Assembly (NCBI GenBank): GCA_009914755.4
Contig: CP086569.2
Coordinates: 11,328,001-11,392,000, forward strand
Length of the DNA: 64,000 nucleotides
Reading direction: 5' to 3'
Origin: the human T2T-CHM13v2.0 reference genome, Homo sapiens
This document shows positions 14,147 through 30,810 of this stretch, piece by piece (position 1 is the stretch's first letter; the number at the start of each line of letters is the position of its first letter). The notes under the pieces were generated by a model. It ran no database searches and was not told the DNA's origin. It worked only from the letters and a program-made list of their open reading frames with translations. Made by a program: the position numbers and the translations under genes.

Positions 14147-15463
14147 TAATTTTATGTATATTCCATGTCAGAATACATCTTATTTTTGAATATTTGATGA
14201 CTTTAGGATACTATATTAACTCTTAATTGAATTAATACAAGTTTAGGTGTAAAGATGATGTTTATGTTGACAAAAATTATTAATGTTTTACATATATGAA
14301 AGTAACAATATCATATATTTTTCATACTTGTAGAATACTTTGAAATCTATTATTAGCTAATATTTTATATTCATTTTGGGTTTTCACATTATTGTTAGAT
14401 CCAGAGAAAAGTAACATTTTGTGAATACTCAAATCATAAACATTTTGCTGGATTCATTCATAGAGACTTTATTTAAAAAGTGCACTAATTGAAGTTTTAC
14501 ATCATTTTATGGTTCATCAAACACAGCAACTGAATACTGTCATATAGCAACATTACAGATGTTAGTCTAACATAAAACTCATAATACATTTTAAAAAGGG
14601 TAAAAGGAAGGGAAGGAAAAAGGATACAAGGCTGTAGAAAGATTTTAAAAACAAACGTCATATGAGCCTTTGCCTGGAGTTTCATATTTTGTGAAAAGCA
14701 GTTTGTAAGTAGAGGATTCGTAAGTGCACCTGGTACATGGCAGTGGCACAGACACAGCAGATAGTCAATAAAATGATCTTTAACTTCTGATCTAGGTTAT
14801 TTTTGTTGTTGTTCATGTATTAACCTGTGAAACTCAGCCAATAGATGGAGTGGCATTGACCTGTACGACTTCCAAGATCCCATCCAAACTTAGTGTGCTC
14901 TGAAGTTCTCCATAATTTATTGTCTGTTCCAACCAACATTCAGCATAAGCTACAGCTTATATTGTTAATAATCCTTCTATGTTTATGTGCTGATTTGCAA
15001 ATAAGTGGGCCTATATAGTCTTTATCTAGTGTTGGATTGGGGTCAAAAGTTTTATGAAATCATTGTTTTTAGTATACGTACAGATGGATAATTGTATAAA
15101 TAAGTACAGATGTGTATAAATGTGTGAGTATACATACATACATTTTCTAGCTCCTCTAACAAAAGGGCCTAGAAACAACATCATCCCAGTAACAATGAGA
15201 GCACCATTCTCCAATTAAAGGAACCAAGGCTCCTTGGGGACATATTTGATATCAGGATTGGGCAGGGAAAATACAAGATTAGTTTGAAATATTTTGTCAT
15301 GTTAGAAAGAAAGGAAACGCTCACAAAATGGGGAAAATGTGAAAAGGAAACAGAATCCACTTTGAATAAACTTCCATGGCCAAATTTGAGAAAATTGGGG
15401 CAATAAAATAAATAACAATAATAATATATTACAATCTACAGAAGAAAATTTTCAATTAATCCA

Positions 15464-16999
<1,536 letters not shown>

Positions 17000-17000
<1 letters not shown>

Positions 17001-17395
17001 AATTCTATCAAACATTTAAGAAAGTACAGAGAGTCCTCAACTTACGGTGGTTTGACTTGTGCTCTTCTGACTTGATAATGGTGCTTTCATCTGTGTACAT
17101 TAATGATGAGCATCAATATGACCAGTTTTTCACTATCAGTATAGTTTTCAATAAATTTCATGAGATACTCAATATTTTAAAATGGGCCTTGTGGTACATG
17201 ATTTTGCCCAATTGTAGGATAATGTAAATGTTCTGAGCAAGTTTAAGGTAGGCGAGGTTAAGTCATGATATTCAGTAGGTTAAATATATTAAATGCATTT
17301 TAGACTTACAATATTTTCAATTTAGGATGAGTTCATTAAGACATAAGACCATTGTAAGTTGAGGAGTATCTATAATATCAATCTTGAACAGACTC
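17000..17395 (-). mobile_element. L1M-type 3' end fragment (tentative)
   Basis: Motifs resembling old L1 3' ends (..cttacaatattttcaatttaggatgagtt..ccattgtaagttgaggagtatctata..). Confidence 0.3.
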
Positions 17396-17418
17396 TTTTT
17401 AAGAAATAGAATTTAAGG

Positions 17419-17737
<319 letters not shown>

Positions 17738-19559
17738 GGACACTTCCTATCTTATTTTATGAACCCAGTATTGCCCTGATTCCAAATCGAGACAAAGGCT
17801 TTATTCAACTTTGATGTTTATCCCTCATAAACATAGACTCAAAAGTCCTTAAAACATAATAACCAATTGAATGTAGCAGTACATAGAATGGATAATAAAC
17901 TGAACAAATTAAATTTCTAGCAAGATTGCAAGTTTAATTTATTATTTGAAAGATCAGTTTAATCAATTTTATTCACCTGGATGGTTACATCTGGCAAAAC
18001 TCAGCAAACTGTGCACTTTAAAATAGGAATATTTATTTTATGTAAATTATGTTTGAATACAATTGATTTTTTTAAAAAAATGTTTCCCAGAGTGATCAAA
18101 GTGGACGGCAGGGAACAGTAAACATCAGTGCTTATGTTATAGCTACTAGAAGCCTCCCAATTCCAACGACATGTTTTCAAGCAGGTCTGATCCTTCCCCT
18201 GGAGGATACCTCTGACCCAGGTGTGCTACAAATGCATTGCCCATAGTTGCTTCTGTCACCTTAGTGATGGAAGTGACAAGAGGGTACTGGAGAAAGAAAA
18301 GGTGTACAGGGTTCCAAATGTACTTTCTCTTTCCAAAGGACCTTTGTGAAGCCAGAGGAAAGAGAACAAACAAGCTGCTAAATAAGTCACAAGTGTGTAC
18401 TCCTACAGTTTTGCGATTAACTAAATAGGACATTCAACAGATAAAGTTTGTTTTACATAGTTACTCCTCTGATAGGATGAACTTGTGGATTGTGAGATAG
18501 GGCTGATATAACCTGTTTTCTCTCTGCCTCTTTTTTTTCCCCCAAGTTTTGTGTGCAATACATTAGGAAAAATATAATTGGGCTATAAAGCTACAAAAAT
18601 GTCTTCCTGGCAGTTCCATGCTTGTTTCCATGTGGTGCCTATGTTTGGCATTGTGTTCTCATTTGCACTTTCCTACTTGATTAGTTAATGTATGAAGGAC
18701 AAGCCTGATCTCTACTGTGAATTTCTACCAAGATATTCTGGTAGAAAAATGAGTATGTAATGGTGCTGTGGAATGCTAAAGTGTGCAAAACATTAAGAAT
18801 CTAAAAATATGCTCATTTCCAAGTTTTGTCCCAGAGCAACTGTGCACTCTATATCGCTACTGCTATTTAAAGTTATCCATTTGCATGTCTAAAAAATAGA
18901 TTCATACTGATTGTCCCATTTGATCTCAAAAAACTCCTGAATGTGAGAGTCGTGATCAAGGGACGCTTCATGAAATGTTCCAAAGTTAAAGTGTGCAATG
19001 AAACCAGATTTATCATAGCTTTATTTAAAATAATTATTTCTAAAATTGTTGTTGTTTAATTATAAACTGTATCCTTTCAGGATACTTGGAAGATCCATAG
19101 CAGTGTTTTTATTTTCACAGAACAAGCATAAATTATTTATGAAATAATAACTCAGATACAGAGATTACTTCCTATTGGCCTTACATATGAATATAAATAA
19201 ATACATATTATGAACATGCACATACTTATTTTATAATTATGTAAATGTGTGTGTAATGTTATATATAAGTTCAATAAAGTCATGCTTATACATGGTTTCA
19301 ATTCATGCTTCTAAAAACCACTCAATGTAGTCATTATCATATGTTAATAAATAATCTCTGAAAATGTGCTTCTAGTAGTTGCACAATATCCCATCATAAA
19401 GATTGTCATGCTGTTTTTAAGTCATACTTTTGGGTATATAAGTTATATCTGATATTTTTCTGCTACATATATGCTATTATAAATCTATTAGTAGTTGATT
19501 TTCTGTGAACACATATGATTGTTTCCTCACAACAGTACAAGAGTTGGTTGTAACTTTAT

Positions 19560-21597
19560 TTCCTTCCAACATTTATTTTAGGTTCAGCGGGTACATGTGC
19601 AGGTTTATTATATGGATAAAATGTGTGTCAATGGGATTTGGTGTACAGATTATGTAGTCATCCAGGTAGTGAGCGTAGTATCTAATAGGGAGTTTTTTTA
19701 TCCTCACTCTCCCCCCACCCTCCACCCACAGTAGACCTTGTGTCTATTGTTCCCTTCTTTGTGTCCATGTGGACTCAATGTTTAGCCCCCACTTATAAGT
19801 GAGAACATGCAGTGTTTGTTTGGTTTTCTGTTCCTGCATTAATTCACTTAGAATAATGGTATCCAGCTCCATTCATGTTGCTGCAAAATACATTATTTCA
19901 TCCTATTTTATAGGTGTGTAGTATTCCATGGTGTATGTACACTGCATTTTTTTAATCCAGTCTTCTGTTAACAGGCATCTAAGTTGATTCCGTGTCTTTG
20001 CTATCGTGAATAGTGTTATAATGAAAATATGCGTGCATATGTCTATGACAGAATGATTTATATTCCTTTGGGTATATACCCAGTGATGGGATTGCTGGGT
20101 TGAATGGTAGTTCTGTTTTAAGTTATTTCAGAAATCTCCAAACTGCTTTCCACAATGGCTGAACAAATTTACATTCCTGATGAAACTGGAGAGTTCCCTG
20201 ACTCCCCTTGGCAGGATGTGCAACAGGGGTGTGGCTTGTCTGCCCACTATGTGTGCTGTCAAACCCCTTATTGGGCAGGGGAACATGCAAACAGGCAGGT
20301 GCAATAGGCAGGGCAAGTGGCCATGGTACTGTCTAGGGGTGGGTGCCTGCGACTCCCACAGCCCAAGTGGGCATGTGTTACAGTGCACTCTTTTAGCTTT
20401 GCCATCCACAGGCGGCTTAAATGTTAACCTGTTCAGTGCCCTCTTGGTACCCAGTTCCTTGTCCAGCATCCAGAAGGAATTAAGTTGCACACAGACTTGA
20501 GGATGGTGAATGTGGGGGTTTTATTGAGTGGTGGAGGTGGCACTCAATGGGATGGATGGGGAGCTGGAAAGGGGATGGAATAGAAGATGATCTTCCCTGG
20601 GAGCTTTGCCATCCGGAGGCTGATCTCTCCAACCACTGCCAGCCAAACTCCTCTTGGCATTCAGATGCTCCTTCTCTTCTTTCTGCCACATCATTCTGCA
20701 ATTCTGCTCTTCTGTTCATCTCCTCATCTGCTTGTCTGCTTCTGGAGCCTGGGGTCTGGGACATATATGGGTACAGGACAGGGGGTGCATGCTGAGCTGA
20801 AAGACAACTTTTGGGTGCAAAAGCAGGAATGCCTGTTCCCATTTAGGGTGATGGGTTTCCAAGCTTGTGGGCAGGGCTTTGCCAGGGAACCACTCTCTTC
20901 TACCCAGTATTTCCCTGTCTCCTTTCTATATCACCACCAGCAGTGTATAAGCATTCCCTTTTTTTCCACAAACTCGGCACCGTCTGTTTTGTTTTGATTT
21001 TTTAATAATAGCCATTCTGACCGGTGTGATATGGTATCTCATGGTTCTGATTTTCTGATGATTAGTGATGTTGAATATTTTTTCATATGGTTGTTTGCCA
21101 CACATACGTTGTCTTTTGAAAAAAGAATCCACAGACGGCTTAAGTGTTAACCTGTTCAGTGCCCTCTTGGTACCCAAGTTCTTGTCCAGCATCCAGAAAG
21201 AAGTTGCACATGGACTTGAGGATGGTGAATGTGGGGGTTCATGTTCTTTGCCTATTTGTAGTGGGTTTGCTTTTTGCTTATTGATTCTTTATACATGCTG
21301 AGTATTAGACATTTTTCAGATATGTAATTTGAAAATATTTTCTTCTGTTCTGTAGGGTGTTCTCTGTTGATAGTTTCTTTTGCTGTGCTGAAGCTCTTCA
21401 GTTTCATTAGGTCCCACTCGTCAATTCTTCTTGTTGCAATTGCTTTTGGAATCTTCATCATGAAATCTTTGCCAGCGTCTATGTCCAGAATGATATTTCC
21501 TAAGTTATCTTCTAGGGTTTATATAGTTTTGGGTCTTACATAAGTCCTTCATCCATCTTGAGTTGATTTTTGTATATGGTGAAAGGAAGGGAGTGTA
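19560..21597 (-). mobile_element. LINE-1 (L1PA-like) 3' UTR plus ORF2 C-terminal region, antisense; interrupted by insertions and truncated by the satellite
   Basis: 'tttattttaggttcagcgggtacatgtgcaggtttattatatgg..gtgagaacatgcagtgtttg..' is the typical L1 3' end antisense. L1 resumes at 20940-21125 and 21240-21597, then abuts the satellite. Confidence 0.8.
20180..20940. mobile_element. LTR-like / unclassified interspersed element inserted into the L1 (TG...CA ends)
   Basis: ~760 bp, breaks L1 colinearity. A 113-bp partial second copy lies at 21128-21240 (~90% identical to 20405-20520). Confidence 0.35.
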
Positions 21598-24500
21598 CAT
21601 GCCCCTGTGATATTGTTCCTAATATCCAGGTTGGGAGAGGATATTATACTCAATATTGCAGGAGGTGTCGACCACCCTGAATATTACTTTTAATATCCGG
21701 GGAGAGAGGGTGATATTACTCTCAATATCATCCTCTCCCACCACACCCTTCATAGTACAAACAATATCAAAGAGGGTCTGTGCAACACGTGCAATATTGG
21801 GAGTAATATCCTCCCCCAACATGGATATTAGAAACAGTATCACAAGGGGTTGTACACCACCTGCGATATTGGAGAGTACTATCATTTTCTTTCCCCATGG
21901 ATATTTAGAACAATATCACAAAGGCGGTGTACAACCCCTGCTATATTGGGAATAATACTGTACTTTCCCCACCTAGATATTAGGAACAATATCACGGGGG
22001 GTTATACACCACTGCATCATTGGGAGTAATATCATCCTTTCCCTCCCTGGATATTAGGAACAATACCTCATGGGTGTGTACACCCTGTTCCATATTGGGA
22101 TTAATATTTTCTCCCTTGCTGGACATAAGGAACAATATAACGGGGGGTATACACTCCTTATGATATTGCCAGTAATATTATAGACTCTCCCCAGGGATAT
22201 TAGAAACAGTATCAGAGAGGGGTGTACATCCCCTGTGATATTGGGAACATTCTTTCTTTCCCTGGATATTAGGAATAATATCACAAAGGTGTTGTATACC
22301 CCCCGTGACATTTTAATTAATATAATCTTCCCCACTGAATATTAGGAACAAATTCCCAGGGGGTTGTACACCACCTGCAATATGGACAGCTATATCATTG
22401 TCTCTCCCCTGAATATTAGGAACAGTATCACAAGGGGGTTGTACACCCCCTGTGATATTGGGAGTAACTTTATACCCTTTCCACATGGATATCAGGAACA
22501 ATATCACAGGGTGGGTGTACACCCACTGCGATATTGGGAGTAATATCATCCTCTACCCCCTGGGTATTATGAACAATATCATGGGGAGGGGGTGTATACC
22601 CTCTGTGATACTGGGAGTAATATCATCCTGTCCCCTCTGGATATTGGGAATGATATTACAGCGGGGCTGTACCTTTTCTGCACTATTGGGAGTGGTATCA
22701 CCCTCTCCCCCTATGGATATTAAGAACAATATCAAAAAGGGGGTGTACACATCCTGCGATATTGGGAGTAATATTGTCCACTCTTCCCCTGGATATTAGG
22801 AACAATATCACAGGTGGAGTGTACACCCCCTGCTATTTTACCTGTAATATTATTCTCTCCCAACCTGGATATTAGGAATAATATAACAGAAGGGGTGACA
22901 ACCACCTGTGATATTGGGAGTAATATCATTCTCTCCCCCCATGGATATTGAGAACAATATCACAGGAGCAGTTTACACCTCCTGCGACATTTAGAGTAAT
23001 ATCATCCTTTTCCCCCATGGATATTAGGAACAATATCGCATGGGAAGTGTACACCCCCACCATATTGGGAGTAATATTTTCTCCCTTGCTGGACATTAGG
23101 AACAATATCACGGGAATACACACCCCCTGTGTTATTGCCAGTAATATAGTAGTCTCCTCCCAGGATATTAGGAACAATATCACAAGGGGGGTGTACATGC
23201 CCTGTGATATTGGAAGTAATATCATCGACTCCCCCCACGGATATTAGTAACAATATCAGAAGGGGTGTACAACCCTTGCGATATTTATAGTACTATCATC
23301 CTATACCCCCTGGATATTAGGAACAATACCACGGGGGGGTGTATACCCACTGTGATATTGGGAGTAATTTCATCCTCTACCCCTTGGATGTTAGGAGCAG
23401 TATCACAAGGGGGGTGTGCACCCTCTGCGATATTAAAAATAATACCATTCTCTCCTCCTCTGGATACTAGGAATAATATCACAGGGCTGGTGTGCACCCT
23501 TTGCATTATTTGGAGCAATATCACCCTCTCCCCAACTTGATATTAGAGACAATATCATGGGGGGTGGCGTGTAACACCCTGCACTGTTGGGAGTAATATG
23601 ATCTAGTCTTCCCCTGGATATAAGAAACAGTATCACAGAAGGGGTCTACACCTCCAGAGATTTTGGGAGTAATATCATCCTCTCCAAATCTGGATATTAA
23701 GAACAGTATAATGGGGTGTGGGGAGTAATATGTTGGGAGTAATACAATCCTCCCCCCACTTGATATTAGGAACAATATCGCAAAACGTGTGTACAACCAC
23801 TGTGATATTTGGAGTAATATCAACATTTCCCCACCTGGTATCACGGGGAGAGTGTACACTCCTTACGATATTGGAAGTATCATTGTCTCTCACTCTCGAT
23901 ATTAGGAAAAATAGCACAGGATGTGTGTACACTCCCTGTGATTTTGGGAAGAACATCATACCCTTCCATCTTTGATATTAGGAACAATATCACAGAGGGG
24001 GTGTACAACTTCTGCGATATTGTAGTATTCTTTCTTCCCATGGATATTAGGAATGATATCCCGGGGGGCATGTTGTACAACTCCTGTGATACGGACAGTA
24101 ATATCATTGTCCTTCCCCCTACATATTAGGAAAAATATCACAAGGGGAGTGTACACCCCCTGGATATTAGAAACTATCACAGGGGAGCTGTACAACCTCT
24201 TTGATACTGTGAGTAATACCATTGTCTCCCCTCCTGGATATTAAGAACAATATCATAGGGTGGGTGTACACCCCCTGCAATATTGGGAATAACATCATCC
24301 TCTCTTCCCCGGGATATTAGGAACGGTATCACACGTGGGGTTTACACCCCCTGCAATTTTGTCAGTAATATTACTTCTGGATGTTATTGAATATATCACA
24401 GTGGGGGTGTACACCCCCTGTGATATGGGGAGTAATAGCATCCTCTTTCCCACTGGATACTACAAACAATATCGCAGGTTGTGTACAACCTCCTGTGATA

Positions 24501-25437
24501 TTGTTCACAATATTTAGGTGAGGAGAGGATGATATTACTCCACATATTGCAGGGAGTGTTACATCCCCTGTAATATTGTTCATAATATTTAGAAGAGGAC
24601 AGAATGATATTACTCCCAATATAGTAAGAAGTATACACTCCCCTGTGATACTGTTCATAATTTTTAGGGGATTAGAGGATGATATTACTTCCAATATCAC
24701 AGGGAGTGTACACTGGTGATATTGTTTATAATTTTCAGTGGATTAGAAGATATTATTCTGAATATCACAGGGGTTGTACATCCCCATGTGATATTGTTAA
24801 TATCCAGTGGGAAAGAGGATGATATTACTCCCCATATCACGGGGGATGTAAACCCATTTGTGGTATTGTCACTTACATCCAGGGGGGAGAGGATGATATT
24901 ACTCCGCATATCATAGAGGGTGCACACGGCTGTAATGTTGTCCATAACTTCCACAGGGGAAGATAAAATTATTCCCATGTTTCAGAAGGTGTACACACCC
25001 CTGTGATAGTCTCTGTAACATTTAGGGAAGAAGGGGATGATACTACTCCAGATATTTCAGGGGGTGTACACCCCCCTGTGATACTGTTCGTAACGTTTAG
25101 GGGGAAGAGGATGATATTACTCCCCATATCGAAGGGATTGTACATCTCCTTATATATTGTCCATAACATCCAGGGCAGGAGAGGATATTACTACTCCCCA
25201 TATCGCAGGGGTTGGACACCCCCCCTGTAAATATGTCTAACATCCAGGCAGGGACAGGAGGATATTATTCCCCATAACGCAGAGAAAGTAAACCTCCTGT
25301 GATATTGTCCATAACATCCAGTGGGGAGAGGATGATATCACTCCCCATATTGCAGGGGGTGCACACTCCACTCTGATATTGGCCATAATATCCGGGGGGG
25401 GGAGGTGAAGTATGAAGTCACTACACATATCGCAGGG
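21598..25437. repeat. Satellite array, ~70-76-bp unit (consensus approx GGATATTAGGAACAATATCACAGGGGGTGTACACCCCCTGTGATATTGGGAGTAATATCATCCTCTCCCC). Orientation sub-blocks: inverted 21598-~21725, forward ~21725-~24500, inverted ~24500-25437
   Basis: ~50 tandem units. Each unit contains a ~38-bp perfect palindrome CAATATCACAGGGGGTGTACACCCCCTGTGATATTG. Orientation flips are visible, e.g. at ~24500 (..gtgtacaacctcctgtgatattgttcacaatatttaggtgaggagaggatgatattactcc..). Confidence 0.9.
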
Positions 25438-25745
25438 ATTATTAGTATCAGATTGTTTGAAGGGCTCACAGTAAGGGTAGTAGTAGGGCGAGTTCTAACT
25501 CAAATAGGGGAAATGTGATGGCTACTAGAAAGAATTTTATGGAGAAGAGAATGTGGGCAGAAGATAGAGGGTCAAATCTGCATTCATAAGGGCTAGATTT
25601 TTCTATATATATTTATTTTATACATATATATATATATTTTTTTCTCTCTCTCTATATATATATTAAGTTGTGGGAGCCAAAATGTAATAATTATTAGTAA
25701 CAGGGCTAATAGGGTGTTGATTACTAGGGTTAATGTTAGGTGAAT

Positions 25746-25812
25746 TACTGTTTTTCGGATGCTATCGAAACTTTGGAAATCATGGTACTATTTATACTAA
25801 AAGAGTAAGATC
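25746..25812 (-). tRNA. mt-tRNA-Gly pseudogene inside the NUMT (not a functional nuclear tRNA)
   Basis: rc reads ..ctcttttagtataaatagtaccatgatttccaaagtttcgatagcatccgaaaaacag.. approximately equal to MT-TG. Confidence 0.7.
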
Positions 25813-26436
25813 CTCATCAATAAATAGAAACATACAAGAATAGTCATACTACATCTACAAAGTGTCGATATCAGGCAGCAGCTTCAAAGGCAAAGTGATG
25901 ACTAGATGTAAAGTGGTATTTTAGTTGGCGGAGAAGGCAGACTGAGGAATGTTGATCCAATAATGACGTGAAGTCTGTGAAAGCCTGTAGCTATAAAAAA
26001 TGTTGAGCCATAAATACCATCAGAAATAGCAAAGGGAGCTTTGAAGTATTCTGAGACTTGTAGGAGGGTGAAGTAGATACCTAATATAATTGTAATAAGT
26101 AGTGCTTGGATTGTATGTTTTTCATTATTTTTTGTTAGGCTGTGATGGGCTCAAGTAATTGAAACTCCTGATGCAAGTAATACAGATGGATTCAGGAGGG
26201 GTACTTCCAGGGTGTCAAGGGGAGAAATACCTGTCGGGGGTCAATGTCCTCCTAATTCTGGAGTAGGGGCTAGGCTAGAATGGTAGAATGCTCAAAAGAA
26301 TCCAGCGAAGAGAAATATTTCTGAGATAATAAATAGGACTATCCCATATTGGAGGCCTTTTTGAACAGTCGTTGTATGGTGGCCCTGAAATGTACTTTCT
26401 CTGATACAGACCACCCTTGGTCAATTGAATACAGAT

Positions 26437-26680
26437 CAATCACTTTAAGTAAGCTAAGTTCTTACTAAATTGATGAGACTTAAACCCACGAAAACTTAAC
26501 AGCTAAACTCCCTAGTCAACTGGTTTGAATCTACTTCTCCAGCCGCTGGGGGATAAAAGGTGAGAGAAGCAGGATTGAAGCTGCTTCTTTGAATTTACAA
26601 TTCAACGTGAAAATCACCTTGGGACTGGTAAAAACAGGCCTTGACCTCTGTTTTTAGATGTACAGTCTAATGCCCTACTT
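26437..26680. tRNA. mt-tRNA-Asn / OriL / tRNA-Cys / tRNA-Tyr pseudogene cluster inside the NUMT (not functional)
   Basis: colinear with human mtDNA 5657-5891. Confidence 0.7.
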
Positions 26681-27239
26681 AGTCATTTTACCCTTTTTTC
26701 TCACTTCATTTATGTTGGCTGACAGTCGACTATTCTCAACCAACCATAAAGATATCGGGACATTATATTTATTATTTGTCACATAAGCAGGGATAGTCAG
26801 TACAGCTTTAAGACTTATTCGAGCTGAACTCCACTAGATGATCAAATTTATGTCATTGTTATAGCCTATGCATTTGTCATAATTTTCTTTATAGTAATAC
26901 TATAATTGGAGGTCTTGGCAACTGATTAGTCCCCCTGATAATTGGCGCCCCGATATAGCATTTCTCTGCATAAATAATATGAGCTTCTGACTCCTCCCAC
27001 CCTCCTTCCTATTATTACTTGCATCCACTATAGTAGAAGCCGGCACTGGAACCGGCTGAACAGTCTCTCCTCCCTTAGCAGGAAACCTAACACATTCAGG
27101 CGCCTCTGTAGATTTCACTATCTTTTCACTCCACTTGGCAGGTGTTTCTTCTACCTCAGGGGCTATTAACTTTATTACCACAATTGTTAATATAAAACCC
27201 CCAGCCATGTCCCAATATCACACACCCCTCTTCATCTAA

Positions 27240-27410
<171 letters not shown>

Positions 27411-28352
27411 TAAATCCTCATCCCACTGGGCTTTGGGATAATTTCCCACGCCATAACACACTATTCTGGGAAAAAAAAGAACCATTCAGGTTTATGGGTC
27501 TAGTGTGAGCTATAGGATCAGTTGGGTTCTTACGGTTTATTGTATGGGCCCACCATATATTTACGGTACGGATAGATGTGGACACATGAGCCTGCTTCAC
27601 CTCTGCTACTATAATTATTGCTATTCCTACTAGCGTCAAAGTTTTTAGCTGACTAGCTAGCTACACTTCACGGCGGTAATATCAAGTGATCCCCCACAAT
27701 GCTGTGAGCCCAGGGATTTATTTTCCTTTTTACAGTAGGAGGCCTAACCTGCATTGTATTGGCCAAGGCTTATATTATGGTTCATTCATATATTTAGAAA
27801 CCTGAAAGTTTCTAAATAAATTGTAAAAAAGTTGTAAAAAAACCCAAGCTGAAATAACTACGAAAATGCCTTTAATATTCTGAAGACAAAATAGCTAAGA
27901 TCCAAATTGGGAGAAGATACCCCGCTATGCTTAACCCTAAACTCGAATAGTTAGATCAACAAAACTGTTCGCCAGAACACTACAAGCAACAGCTTAAAAC
28001 TCAAAGGACTTTGCGGTGCTTTACATCCCTCTAAAGGAGCCTGTTCTATAATCGATAAGCCCCAATTTACCTCACCACCTCTTGTCCAGACTATATACAT
28101 CCATCTTCAGCAAACCCTGGAAAGGCCACAGAGTAAGCATAAGTATCTACATAAAAACGTTAGGTCAAGGTGTAGCCCATGAGGTGGTAAGAAATAGGTA
28201 CGTTTTCTACATCCAGAAAAATCTCGCGACAACCGTTATGAAATCTAAGGGCTCAAGGAGGATTTAGCAATAAATTGAGAGCAGAGTGTTTAATTGAATA
28301 AGGCCATGAAGCACGCACACACCGCCCTTCACCCTCCTCAAATATATTCTAG

Positions 28353-30410
<2,058 letters not shown>

Positions 30411-30459
30411 CACTGTATAGAACAAAGCAGGCAGAGGAAGGTGGGATAACCTTGCTAGC

Positions 30460-30810
30460 TGAAGCTTCTGGCTCTCTTTTTTTCTTCTTCCCATGCAGGA
30501 CACCTGATTCCCTTCTTCCTGCCCTCGGACATGAGACTCCAGGTTCTTATGCCTTTGGACTCTGGGACTTGCACCAGCGGCTTCCCCGAGGCTCTCAGGC
30601 CCTCGGCCTCAGACTGAAGACTGCACTGCGGGCTTTCCTGGTTTTGAGGCTTTTGGACTTGGACTGAGCCACTACTAGCTTCTCTCTTTCCCTACCTGGC
30701 AGACAGCCTATTGTGGGACTGCCTTCTAACCGTGTGAACCAATTCTCTCTGGTAAACTCCCTTATACATATACGTGTATCTTGTTGGATCTGTCCCTCTG
30801 GAGAACCCTA
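30460..30810 (+). mobile_element. MaLR (MLT1/MST-type) LTR
   Basis: '..ggactctgggacttgcaccagcggcttccccgaggctctcaggccctcggcctcagactgaa..cagacagcctattgtgggact..gtgtgaaccaattc..ctggagaaccctaactgat' matches the MaLR LTR consensus pattern. Confidence 0.6.

Noticed and set aside
20128-21461. ORFs 20128..20490, 20480..20842, 20587..20997, 20926..21192
   Set aside because: They lie in L1 antisense sequence and the LTR-like insert, with no coding features.
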